From the NCBI GenBank assembly GCA_964482725.1, contig CAYZYT010000004.1:23824-87823 (forward strand): a stretch of DNA of 64,000 nucleotides. The letters are read 5' to 3'. Position numbers and translations under genes: made by a program. The notes beneath the pieces are model-generated. The model made no database searches. It had not been told where the DNA came from and saw only the letters and a list, made by a program, of their open reading frames with translations. The stretch comes from an uncultured bacterium. Lineage in GTDB: Bacteria > Omnitrophota > Omnitrophia > Omnitrophales > Aquincolibacteriaceae. This document shows, piece by piece, positions 38,364-47,184 of this stretch. Numbering within the stretch: position 1 is the first letter of the stretch; each line of letters opens with the position of its first letter.

Positions 38364-39491
38364 TCAGATATTATCATAATTCATTTTTTCAACAAAAAGA
38401 CCCCACGCGCCATCCAGTTCGCGGGCCTTCTCCTCCGGTAAATTGGCGCGGAAATATTTCTCCGTATCTTCCCGGGAAAGAGGCCCGATTTGAAGTTCGT
38501 ACTGAAGATAATCGCGAAAAAACTTTGAGAAAAAGATGTTTTTTCCTTCCAGAAAAAAAGAGGTGAGGCTCCAGGCCCTCAAATAAAATTCCATTTTTTC
38601 CTCCGCCGCCGGGGTCTGCTCGTAGCGCTCCCAGGACGCGAAAAGGCCGAGCGCGCTCTTTAGCTTCCCTTCTTCATAAAGGCTTTGAAGCCATCCCAGG
38701 ATCTCCTCAATAATAGGCCGGGCTCCCGCCTTCGCCAGTTTAAAAGAAAGGTAGTTCGAAAGGCCTTCATCCAAAAACATCGAAGGTTGTTTTGCATAAA
38801 ACCCTCTCACAAAACAGTGCGCGAACTCATGGGCGAGGGTCCACCGGATATCGGCGCCGGTAAAAAAAACCACGATCTCGTTTTTTCCTATGTTGTAGGC
38901 CCCTGAAGAGAGTTGTTTGAAGTCGAAATCCTTTTCTTTCCAAAGGGCTTTGTACTCTTCGGGACGTCCCGCAACACTGATCCTTAAAAAAGGCATTTCT
39001 CCTTGGGGGGGGCCAAGGATCTCTCCCAGCAACGCCTTTTCTTCGCTTATAAGAGCGGCGAGATTCTGGATCAAGGGTTCGCTATAGGCTTGAGGAATAT
39101 TGGTCACGAGCTCACCCCCGGCAAAGGAGATCTTCCGGGCTTGATCCCAAGACGGTTCTTTTTTCATAGCCTCAGAAAACCTCTCCAGGGCGCGTACTTC
39201 CTCGATAGCCTCTTGAAGGGTTAACCCTCCGTAATCCTGCAACTGATCTCCTTTTTGAAGAGCCCGTTGATAAACCTCAATCGCTTTCTTAAAGTCCCTC
39301 TCCCCGATCAGTGCTTGCGCATAAGAATCATAAAGATTTCGATCCTCGGGATTGTCTTGGAGAAGTTTTTCGAAAGAAGCCGCGCCCATCGCCTTTCCCG
39401 CTGGCCGTTCACTCAACCCGCTCTCGGTCGCACACCCGCTAAAAAAAAGGAGGATCCCCAGGACCGCTACTTCCTTTGTAAAAAGGTTCAT
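38364..39491 (-). CDS. Lipoprotein with TPR-like region and HEXXH gluzincin-type metallopeptidase motif
   Basis: Lipobox FSGC; TPR-like YDSYAQAL...AIEVYQRAL; LAHEFAH followed by DEGLSNY; overlaps the bioF stop (ATGA). Confidence 0.7.
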   Translation of the reverse strand: MNLFTKEVAVLGILLFFSGCATESGLSERPAGKAMGAASFEKLLQDNPEDRNLYDSYAQALIGERDFKKAIEVYQRALQKGDQLQDYGGLTLQEAIEEVRALERFSEAMKKEPSWDQARKISFAGGELVTNIPQAYSEPLIQNLAALISEEKALLGEILGPPQGEMPFLRISVAGRPEEYKALWKEKDFDFKQLSSGAYNIGKNEIVVFFTGADIRWTLAHEFAHCFVRGFYAKQPSMFLDEGLSNYLSFKLAKAGARPIIEEILGWLQSLYEEGKLKSALGLFASWERYEQTPAAEEKMEFYLRAWSLTSFFLEGKNIFFSKFFRDYLQYELQIGPLSREDTEKYFRANLPEEKARELDGAWGLFVEKMNYDNI

Positions 39492-40642
39492 TTTTTTCCC
39501 TTCGAAAACGCCGTCATTAACTTTGCGATGTCCTGCCGGGTATGTGTGGCAGAGACCGTGATCCGCAGGCGCGCCTTGCCCTTAGGAACGGTCGGATAAC
39601 GCACGGCAGGAATGAAAATCCCTTGCGAAAGAAGTTTTTCGAAAAACTCCATCGCTTTCCTTTCGTCGCCCACCAGGACCGGAATGATCGCGGACTCCGG
39701 CTTCGCGAGGGAAAAACCCAACCCCTGAAATCCCTGGTGAACGTGATGGATATTCGACCAAAGTTTTTTCCTCAAAAGAGGCTCTTCTTCGATCACGCAA
39801 AGAGCTTCGCGAGCGGCCTCACAAAGAACGGGGGGAAGCGCGGTCGCAAAAATGAACGGCCTCGCAAAATTCACGAGGGTGTCGATCAGCGCCCTGTCTG
39901 CGGCGACAAAGCCGCCCAATCCGCCGAGAGCCTTCGAAAGGGTCCCCATAATGACATCGATCTTTTTAGAAAGCCCCCCAGCCTCCGTCGCGCCGTAACC
40001 GTGCTCTCCTAAAACGCCTGTGCCATGCGCGTCATCCACCACAAGCACTGCGCCGTATTTCTCTTTGAGCCGCACGAGTTCTTTTAAGTCCGCGAGATCG
40101 CCATCCATGCTGAAAACCGTCTCCGTCACAAGGATCCGCCGTCTCGCACCCCGCGAAACACGAAGAAGATCTTCGCATTTTTTGTAATTCTTATGGGGGA
40201 AAACGCGCAGTTCGGCTTTGGAAAGCCGGGCGCCATCGACGAGCGAGGCATGGCACAGCTTGTCCATGATAATAACGTCCTGCTCGCCGGCCAGAGCCGT
40301 CAGAATGCCAAGGTTCGCAAGAAAGCCCGCGGCGAAGACAAGCGCGCTTTCTTTCCCTTTAATCTGAGCCAGCTTTTTTTCCAGGGCTTCGTGCGCCTTC
40401 GTTGTTCCTGAGATAAGCCGGGCCGCACCCGCGCCTACGCCGTATCGTTCTAGCGCTTTTTGTGCGGCCTCCACCACTCGCGGATGACGACTGAGACCCA
40501 GGTAATCGTTGCCGCAAAAAAGAAGCATCTCCCGCCCGTCAAAAGAGGCGCGCGTGCCTTCGTGCTCCTCCAGGAGGCGAAGCCGACGATAAAGGTTCTG
40601 CCGTTTGAGCGCTTGAAGCTCTTGCCGGAAAAGATTTTTCAT
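39488..40642 (-). CDS. bioF: 8-amino-7-oxononanoate synthase
   Basis: NDYLGL, GFLAN, HASLVDG, VFSMDGD, DDAHGTG, GTLSKALG. Confidence 0.96.
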   Translation of the reverse strand: MKNLFRQELQALKRQNLYRRLRLLEEHEGTRASFDGREMLLFCGNDYLGLSRHPRVVEAAQKALERYGVGAGAARLISGTTKAHEALEKKLAQIKGKESALVFAAGFLANLGILTALAGEQDVIIMDKLCHASLVDGARLSKAELRVFPHKNYKKCEDLLRVSRGARRRILVTETVFSMDGDLADLKELVRLKEKYGAVLVVDDAHGTGVLGEHGYGATEAGGLSKKIDVIMGTLSKALGGLGGFVAADRALIDTLVNFARPFIFATALPPVLCEAAREALCVIEEEPLLRKKLWSNIHHVHQGFQGLGFSLAKPESAIIPVLVGDERKAMEFFEKLLSQGIFIPAVRYPTVPKGKARLRITVSATHTRQDIAKLMTAFSKGKK

Positions 40643-41844
40643 ACGTTGCGGAGAAGAACTGTGGCGACCTGGCCGCCGAAGCCCATGGAGATCTTGACGG
40701 CATGGGCGATCTTGTGAGGCCGCATTTTCCCGGGAGTATAATCGAGGTCGCAGGCCGGATCTTTTTCTTCCAGCCCCACGGTCGGAGGGATGAAACCTTC
40801 GTGAATCCCAAGAAGCGTCGCAATAATCTCAAGGGCCCCCGTGGCTCCCAGCATGTGTCCGGTGGCACCCTTGGTCGAGCTCATGGGAATCTTGTAGGCC
40901 TGTTCCCCAAACGCCTCTTTGAGCTCCAGCGTTTCATAAAGATCTCCATGCCTCGTACCGGTGCCGTGCAAATTCAAGTAATCGATCTCCCGAGGCGTGA
41001 TCCCGGCTCTCTTGAGAAGAACCCCAAGCGTGTAAGACAAGGCGTGTTCATTAAGATCAAAATGGATCGGCTGTTTGCTGTCCTGACCATAAGCCGATTC
41101 AACGATCTCGCCGTAGATCCTTACACCGCGCGCCTTCGCGCTTTCAAGCGTTTCAAGAAAGACCACTCCCGCGCCTTCCCCGATCAGAAATCCGTTCCGT
41201 CGCTTGTCGAACGGGCGAATGTCGTGGGTCGCAAGCGCCTTCATGTTTTTGTAGCCCCCGAGCATGAGGGGCGCGATCGAGGCATCCGTGGCTCCCGCGA
41301 GGCAATATTCGGCATCCCCTTCGGAGACCATACGAAACCCCTGGACGATGGCCACGGTTCCGGTCGCGCACGCCGCCACGTAACATTTGGCCGGCCCCTG
41401 GATCTTCATGCGCCGGGCGATCCACTGGTCCGCAAAATTCGGGACCGCGCTTGTGAACATCCTTGCGCCTAGGATCGCGCTTGGGTTACGCGCGAACCTT
41501 TCTTTGAATTTCCCAAGGCTATGAACGCCGCCTTTGCTGGAACTGACAGAAAGCGCGACGTCGTAAGGATCTACAGCCGCCATGTCGAACCGGGCATCAA
41601 GCACAGCCTGTTCTGCTGCCGCGACGGCGTATTGAATGAAAGGATCCAGGAGATGCGTTCCGTAAGAACGTGCATTAAAGTTTTTTAGGCGGAAAACGGG
41701 CGGGAAGGGATACCCCTCCAGGATGAAAGGATCCGCGCTTTCTTTTCCGGAGATACCTTTTTTAAGGTTCTCGCGAAATTCGACAAGGGTGTTCCCGATC
41801 GAAGAAAGAACGCCCATGCCCGTGACTACCACGCGTCGTTTCAT
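40639..41844 (-). CDS. Beta-ketoacyl-ACP synthase II-like condensing enzyme (FabF/FabB family paralog)
   Basis: RVVVTGMG, ACATG (Cys), PFDKRRNGF, GEGAG, HGTGT (His), GHMLGA (His), MGFGG. Confidence 0.9.
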   Translation of the reverse strand: MKRRVVVTGMGVLSSIGNTLVEFRENLKKGISGKESADPFILEGYPFPPVFRLKNFNARSYGTHLLDPFIQYAVAAAEQAVLDARFDMAAVDPYDVALSVSSSKGGVHSLGKFKERFARNPSAILGARMFTSAVPNFADQWIARRMKIQGPAKCYVAACATGTVAIVQGFRMVSEGDAEYCLAGATDASIAPLMLGGYKNMKALATHDIRPFDKRRNGFLIGEGAGVVFLETLESAKARGVRIYGEIVESAYGQDSKQPIHFDLNEHALSYTLGVLLKRAGITPREIDYLNLHGTGTRHGDLYETLELKEAFGEQAYKIPMSSTKGATGHMLGATGALEIIATLLGIHEGFIPPTVGLEEKDPACDLDYTPGKMRPHKIAHAVKISMGFGGQVATVLLRNV

Positions 41845-41889
41845 GTGTTGGAGGATCCCTTCGGGTGTGAATTGAGAGGAAATTCTACC

Positions 41890-42618
41890 CTAGAAAGGAC
41901 GGGATTCAAAATGAAACACTTGCCCCGTCACCTGGCACATCCGGTCGGAGGAGAGAAAAAGAAGAAACTCTGCGACCTCTTCGGGATTCGAAAAGGTTTT
42001 GAGAGGACTTTCCTCAAGGTTGTTCTCCTGGATGTCCCGAGGAACGCTCGCGGTCATCGCCGACTGCATGAATCCCGGGTTCACGGCATTCACAAGGATT
42101 TTTTTACGCCCAAGTTCCTTGGCGAGCGTCTTGGTCATGGCGATCAGCCCGCCTTTTGAAGCGGCGTAATTCGCGGCGCCGGCAAGCCCGCTCAACCCCG
42201 CGCGACTGACGATCGTGAAAATCTTGCTGGGCGGTCTCCTCAAAAGAAGCGGCAAAAGCTTCTGGGTGAGATAAAAAGGCGCCTTGAGATTGACCCGCAA
42301 GACATCGTCCCATTGTTTTTCAGACATCTTTTCGATCCGCGTGTCCGCGGTCGCGGCAGCATTGTGGATCAGGACATCCAGAGATTCGACCTTTTTTTTA
42401 AATGTGGCGGCAAAGGTCTCGATCGCTTGGGTGTCAGCAAGATCGAGGGGAAATCTTCGCGCACCGGTTTGTTCGAGCTCTTGGGATCTCTCGACCGCTT
42501 TAAAATAAGTGAAGAATACACGCGCACCCTGTTGGACGGCCTTCCGGACGAACGCCTGTCCAAGCGGACTGGTTCCCCCGGTGATGAGAATTGTTTTGTC
42601 TTTTAATGAAAATTCCAC
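41890..42618 (-). CDS. FabG-like SDR ketoacyl reductase
   Basis: ITGGTSPLG, HNAA, YAASK, VNAVNPGF, VTGQV. Confidence 0.88.
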   Translation of the reverse strand: MEFSLKDKTILITGGTSPLGQAFVRKAVQQGARVFFTYFKAVERSQELEQTGARRFPLDLADTQAIETFAATFKKKVESLDVLIHNAAATADTRIEKMSEKQWDDVLRVNLKAPFYLTQKLLPLLLRRPPSKIFTIVSRAGLSGLAGAANYAASKGGLIAMTKTLAKELGRKKILVNAVNPGFMQSAMTASVPRDIQENNLEESPLKTFSNPEEVAEFLLFLSSDRMCQVTGQVFHFESRPF

Positions 42619-42620
42619 GG

Positions 42621-43649
42621 TTAGTTTTTGGAGCCGCAGCTGGAAGGGCAGCCGCAGTGTTCGCGCCCGGCTTCCACAGAAAACCCGGAGCGACGGAGCA
42701 TGTCGAGATCTTCTTGAAGAGGATTTCCTGCCGTGGTGAGATAGCCGCCGACCACAAAACCATTCGCCCCGCCACGAAGAGCTTTCTCCTGGAAATAAAC
42801 ACCCAAATTCAACTCCCGTCCGCCGGCAAGCTTGATATTGGCTTTAGGATGAATGAAGCGAAAGATCGCGACGGTTTTTACGACCTCCGTGGGATCCATG
42901 GCCGGCCGTCCCTCAAGCGGTGTTCCGGGCCTCGGATTCAAAATATTGATCGGTAAACAATGGAGGTCATAAGGTTTGAGCTCGAACGCGAGCCGGATCC
43001 GGTCTTCCTGCGTCTCCCCCATGCCCAAAATTCCCCCTGAGCAAACCTCGACCTCGTTCGCTTTTAGAAATTTTAGCGTCTCCATCCGTTCGTCATAGGT
43101 ATGCGTGGAAACAATGGTGGGATAAAAATCTCGGGAACATTGCAGGTTGTGATTGAAGCGCCGCATCCCGGCCACGCGAAGCTTCCGGATCTGTTCGGCC
43201 GTCAGATTCCCAAGGGATCCATCCAGCCGGAGCTGCGTCTTTTCACTTAACAACCGAAACGTCGCGAGCACCTGTTCGAATTCGTCTTCGTTCAAGGTTT
43301 CTCCGCTTGTCACCACGCAAAAACTTTGGACGCCGTTCGCTTCGCTTTTTTTTGCTTCTTCGAGGATCACCTCGGGGCTCATCAGCGGGTATCGCTTCAC
43401 GCCGGTCTTGTAATGGGAAGATTGGGAACAAAATCCGCAATCCTCGGAACAAAGATAACTTTTGGCGTTGACCAGCGAGCAGAGATCCGCCTGGGAAGGC
43501 CGGAACCGGGTTGTGATCTCGTGAGCGGAAATGAAGAGGAGGTCGAGCGTTGCGAAGTCTTGGATCGAGCTGAGACGAAGCGCTTCGTCCGGGGTGATGT
43601 CCCCTCCCGCGAGAACGCGGGACTTGAGTTCTTGTATAAACGCTTTCAT
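42621..43649 (-). CDS. bioB: Biotin synthase (radical SAM)
   Basis: NAKS-CSEDCGFCSQS, NHNL, CSGGILGMGET, PINIL-P-PGTP, AGGRE, YLTT. Confidence 0.95.
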   Translation of the reverse strand: MKAFIQELKSRVLAGGDITPDEALRLSSIQDFATLDLLFISAHEITTRFRPSQADLCSLVNAKSYLCSEDCGFCSQSSHYKTGVKRYPLMSPEVILEEAKKSEANGVQSFCVVTSGETLNEDEFEQVLATFRLLSEKTQLRLDGSLGNLTAEQIRKLRVAGMRRFNHNLQCSRDFYPTIVSTHTYDERMETLKFLKANEVEVCSGGILGMGETQEDRIRLAFELKPYDLHCLPINILNPRPGTPLEGRPAMDPTEVVKTVAIFRFIHPKANIKLAGGRELNLGVYFQEKALRGGANGFVVGGYLTTAGNPLQEDLDMLRRSGFSVEAGREHCGCPSSCGSKN

Positions 43650-43673
43650 GCCGGAACCGAAAGAAAAAGGTTC

Positions 43674-44927
43674 TTAGGCCTGAGCAAAAACTTCGCGGGC
43701 CACAATGCCCACCACGCCAAGCGCCACAGCGTTCTCACCAAAAGCGGACGGAATGATCTTCACCTGTGTCGCGGACTCTTCCACGGACCATTCTTTGACA
43801 GTGGTTTTGATCGCATCGAGAAGCGGGGAGCCGCAATCCTCGATTCCACCGCCGATCACCACCACTTCCGGATTGAGAAGGTTGACGATGAACGCTATCT
43901 TTTTGCCAAGGTCTTGCCCGGCCTGCTCTGCCGCCTTAATCGCCAGAGCGTCTTTTTCTTTGATCGCTTTAACGATCTCCTTAAAGGAAAGCTTCGAGAG
44001 ATCGCCCTTGACCATATCTTTGAGGACCGAGGGCTCACCCTTTTCGATCCGCTCGCGCGCATGGCGAACCATACCGATATCCATTTCCCACCGGCCGAGC
44101 TGAGTCGCGATCTTGAAAGAATAGTCCTTGCTCGCGTGTGCGCTCGTGATTCCGAGCTCTCCCGCGGCGCCATTCGCTCCGCGATAGATCTCTTCGTTGA
44201 TCAGAATGCCGCATCCGACGCCCGAGAACATATAAACCATGTTCCGAACATCACGGTCAAGCCCGAGCCATTTCTCGCCCAGCACCGCCGCGTTCGCATC
44301 GTTCTCCACGATCGTGGGGATATTGAGCCGCCTCTCAAAAGTGTCTTTTATAGAAGAACAGACCGAGATATCCTTGTCGCCGAGACTTTGGGGCCAGCGG
44401 ATCGTTCGCCCGCGCTCGTCAATGATCCCGGGGATCCCGACCCCGAGGCCAACGATCTTGGACTTGTCGATCTCGGCCTTCTCGATGATCTCTGCCGCAA
44501 GATCCACCATCTGAAGAACGACTTTCTCGGAATTCTCCGGCGCTCTTTCGCGCTTGATCTCGCTGATCACGTTGATCTCAAGATCCACCAGCACGGCCAC
44601 AATGCTCATCATGTTGAGCCCGACGCCGACAATGTAACCGGCCTTGGGATTGAGCTCCACCAGAACGGGCTTCCGTCCACCGGTGGATTCATCCAGTTCG
44701 CCTTCGACCACGAGCCCTTTTTTGATGTAATGGCTCACGTAGTTGGAAACAGTCACAATATTAAGCTCGGTGAGTTTGGAAATGTCGGTCCTGGAAATCG
44801 GACCGTTCTTGCGAATCACTTCCAAAATGCCAAGATTTTTTCTTTCTTTGTCCGTCAGCGTGCGATCTTTGAGCATTTGTTTGATAGCCATGGGAAAGTT
44901 GCTCCTTTCAAGATTTGCTGTTTTCAT
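43674..44927 (-). CDS. ROK-family transcriptional regulator
   Basis: N-terminal wHTH (ISRTDISKLTEL), STGGRKP, GLGVGIPG, ENDANAAVLGE, AGELG, NLLNPEVVVIGG. Start may be ~44891. Confidence 0.93.
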   Translation of the reverse strand: MKTANLERSNFPMAIKQMLKDRTLTDKERKNLGILEVIRKNGPISRTDISKLTELNIVTVSNYVSHYIKKGLVVEGELDESTGGRKPVLVELNPKAGYIVGVGLNMMSIVAVLVDLEINVISEIKRERAPENSEKVVLQMVDLAAEIIEKAEIDKSKIVGLGVGIPGIIDERGRTIRWPQSLGDKDISVCSSIKDTFERRLNIPTIVENDANAAVLGEKWLGLDRDVRNMVYMFSGVGCGILINEEIYRGANGAAGELGITSAHASKDYSFKIATQLGRWEMDIGMVRHARERIEKGEPSVLKDMVKGDLSKLSFKEIVKAIKEKDALAIKAAEQAGQDLGKKIAFIVNLLNPEVVVIGGGIEDCGSPLLDAIKTTVKEWSVEESATQVKIIPSAFGENAVALGVVGIVAREVFAQA

Positions 44928-45083
44928 AACTTGTTATTTTATAACTATATAAGCGCCGCATGTGTCGCTCATTTTAACTCCACGATATCCTTTTTCAAAG
45001 CATTAATTGAGCGCCGCTTTGCGTGGATATTAAAACTTTTTTATAAGAACGTCCCCGCCCGGAAAAGGATTAAGCCCCCAGAC

Positions 45084-47174
45084 CTAAAAGAACTCTTCCT
45101 GTTCTAATAGCTCTTTTGCTTTTTTCCCTATCGGATCTTTATGAAAATATTCCTGGATCACGCCTTTTTTCAGATAGTTTGCGATCGGGATAAGAACCAT
45201 CCCCTGGTCCAGCGCCAGATATTGGGTGTTAACCCTCTGGCTTGGAAAAGAGATCGTGTCATAAAAGCCGTATTCCCCGTACATGTTGAACGTAAGAAGC
45301 TTTCGAATGTTCTTGATCGCATCTTTGGGCAGAGTGTCCAGCGCGAGAAAGCTCGCGTGGGGCGTGATCACCCCTCGCTCCGGATACCCCTTCACCCCAA
45401 GCTTCTTGATCCCGTACTCCCCATACATCCAGCGCCGTCCATCAGCGGTCGCAGAGGGCGAGATTCCCCAAACAGGATATTTTTTTTCTTTGAGCGCGTA
45501 ATCTCGGTGAAGCTCGGTCACGATTTTGTCGTTCAAGCCCAGGCCTTTGGGGGCGAATTTTTGCTCGTGGATCACCATCGTCGGCATCAGAAACTCAAAA
45601 AGGGAGCCTCCCCAGTTGGGCACGAATTTTTTCTCCCCATCCTTGTAGTACCCTTGAAAATAGCTGATCTTGTCGCGCTCGACCATTTTCCCCTGGGGTT
45701 TTTGCGTCTGCCATTCCCATGCGTCCGGTGCCGTGCGATAAAGATACCACCAATGTTCTTTGGGAATATCCCCTTTACCGATCGCGTAAAGACTCATGGC
45801 GCGCGCCTCGGTCACAAGCATCCCGTAATGATAAGGGGTGGGACTTTGGCGCTCCACGTCGTAACCAATGGCAAGGTGATTGGTGTCGGGATCCAGGAAT
45901 TCCTGAAAATGAAAGCGCTCCAGAAGAGCCGTCGCTTCCTGTGCGATTTCCCCGGGAAACGCCTGGCGAACCACCACGAGCGCAATAGCAAGCCATCCGT
46001 TGTCCACGCTTGAAGCAAATCGCCGGCTGACCCCGAGCTGGGTCGTTTCATAAAAATTGAAGAAAAAGCCTTTCCACGTCTCCATCTTCTTCAATGTTCG
46101 CAAGGTGTTCTGAACGCGCTTAGCCGCCGCATCCGGAGTAATGATTCCCAGCTCCCTTACGGCCACGGTCCCCATAAGATCCAGGGCGATATTGGTGGGC
46201 GAAGTGTAAGCCGCCGCGAGAGGAAAATCCCCGAGCTTAAAATGGTCCGAAACAAGGTGGTTTCTTTTATCCGTAGCGTTTTCGAAATACTTCCACGTGT
46301 CTTGGGCGATTTTCAAAAGAAGCTCTTTGTCGTTCCCTGTTGCCAAAAGCTCTTGCCTCCGGGGCTCGTCCATAACGGCTCGCGGGAACCCGACAAAATT
46401 GTCCTCTACGCTTTCAAACCCGACCTCGGGATGTCCCAGAAAAACAATTTCGTCCACTCCCATTTTGCCGGCAAGATTCCGGTCCCGGGCAAACGCGCTA
46501 AGGGAAAGAAATTTTAGCTGGTCGAGATCGACGCCCATAAAAAAATTAATCGGTAAAATCGCTTCGCCCCACCCCTTCCCTTCAAGGCAGGCCTCCGTAA
46601 TATCTCGTTCGACGGTCTTCCCCGCCCAATCCGTTAGAGCGATGCGTAAACGCCCTTTAAACGGCACAGAGGGATCTGTTTTGCACTTCAGCGCCAAATA
46701 GTGCGCCGCGCTCATATCCAGTCTTTCAAGAGAGGTTCGGAAGGTCGCTTTTTCTTTTTTCTTGAGATTGACCCGCGCCCATAAAGAGGCCCCGGATTTG
46801 CTCCCGCGGGCATCTTCTTTTTTCAAGTCCAGACGAACCTTTTTCTCATCGCCTTTGTCCACGGTCCAGGCGCCTCCCAAACTGTTCTTGAGCTCCCCGG
46901 CGTTAAAATCATCGACCACCTTGAATTGGGTTGAGGTTCGAAGGGGCTTTCCGGCGGGAACAATATTGTAGACCTTTCCGCTGTCGATCGGCACGTCTCC
47001 GCCTGCAGGGCCGATTTGCTGGACAACGGTCTCCCCGGTTTTTTGTTTTTTGTTTTTGGGGGCGGCCAGCCCCGTCGGAAGAAGTGTCCCAAAACAGAAC
47101 ACGCTCAAAAAAAACAAAAAAGCGCTCCCCGGGAGTAGCGCGAAACCCGAGGAACGCTTTTTGAGAAGAGTCAT
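45084..47174 (-). CDS. Exported glucoamylase-like/DUF3131 beta-glucan-active enzyme (GH144 / Cgs-central-domain-like) with N-terminal CBM-like domain
   Basis: Signal peptide; YTSPTNI, SSVDNGWL, TEAR, WGGSLFEFLMP, WGISPS, VITPHAS, YGFYD, LDQGM. Confidence 0.8.
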   Translation of the reverse strand: MTLLKKRSSGFALLPGSAFLFFLSVFCFGTLLPTGLAAPKNKKQKTGETVVQQIGPAGGDVPIDSGKVYNIVPAGKPLRTSTQFKVVDDFNAGELKNSLGGAWTVDKGDEKKVRLDLKKEDARGSKSGASLWARVNLKKKEKATFRTSLERLDMSAAHYLALKCKTDPSVPFKGRLRIALTDWAGKTVERDITEACLEGKGWGEAILPINFFMGVDLDQLKFLSLSAFARDRNLAGKMGVDEIVFLGHPEVGFESVEDNFVGFPRAVMDEPRRQELLATGNDKELLLKIAQDTWKYFENATDKRNHLVSDHFKLGDFPLAAAYTSPTNIALDLMGTVAVRELGIITPDAAAKRVQNTLRTLKKMETWKGFFFNFYETTQLGVSRRFASSVDNGWLAIALVVVRQAFPGEIAQEATALLERFHFQEFLDPDTNHLAIGYDVERQSPTPYHYGMLVTEARAMSLYAIGKGDIPKEHWWYLYRTAPDAWEWQTQKPQGKMVERDKISYFQGYYKDGEKKFVPNWGGSLFEFLMPTMVIHEQKFAPKGLGLNDKIVTELHRDYALKEKKYPVWGISPSATADGRRWMYGEYGIKKLGVKGYPERGVITPHASFLALDTLPKDAIKNIRKLLTFNMYGEYGFYDTISFPSQRVNTQYLALDQGMVLIPIANYLKKGVIQEYFHKDPIGKKAKELLEQEEFF

Positions 47175-47184
47175 GTTTCTTCGT

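Noticed and set aside
37243-38379. 378-aa plus-strand ORF
   Set aside because: Antisense shadow of bioA
43326-45107. 593-aa plus-strand ORF
   Set aside because: Antisense to the well-supported ROK and bioB genes; no motifs
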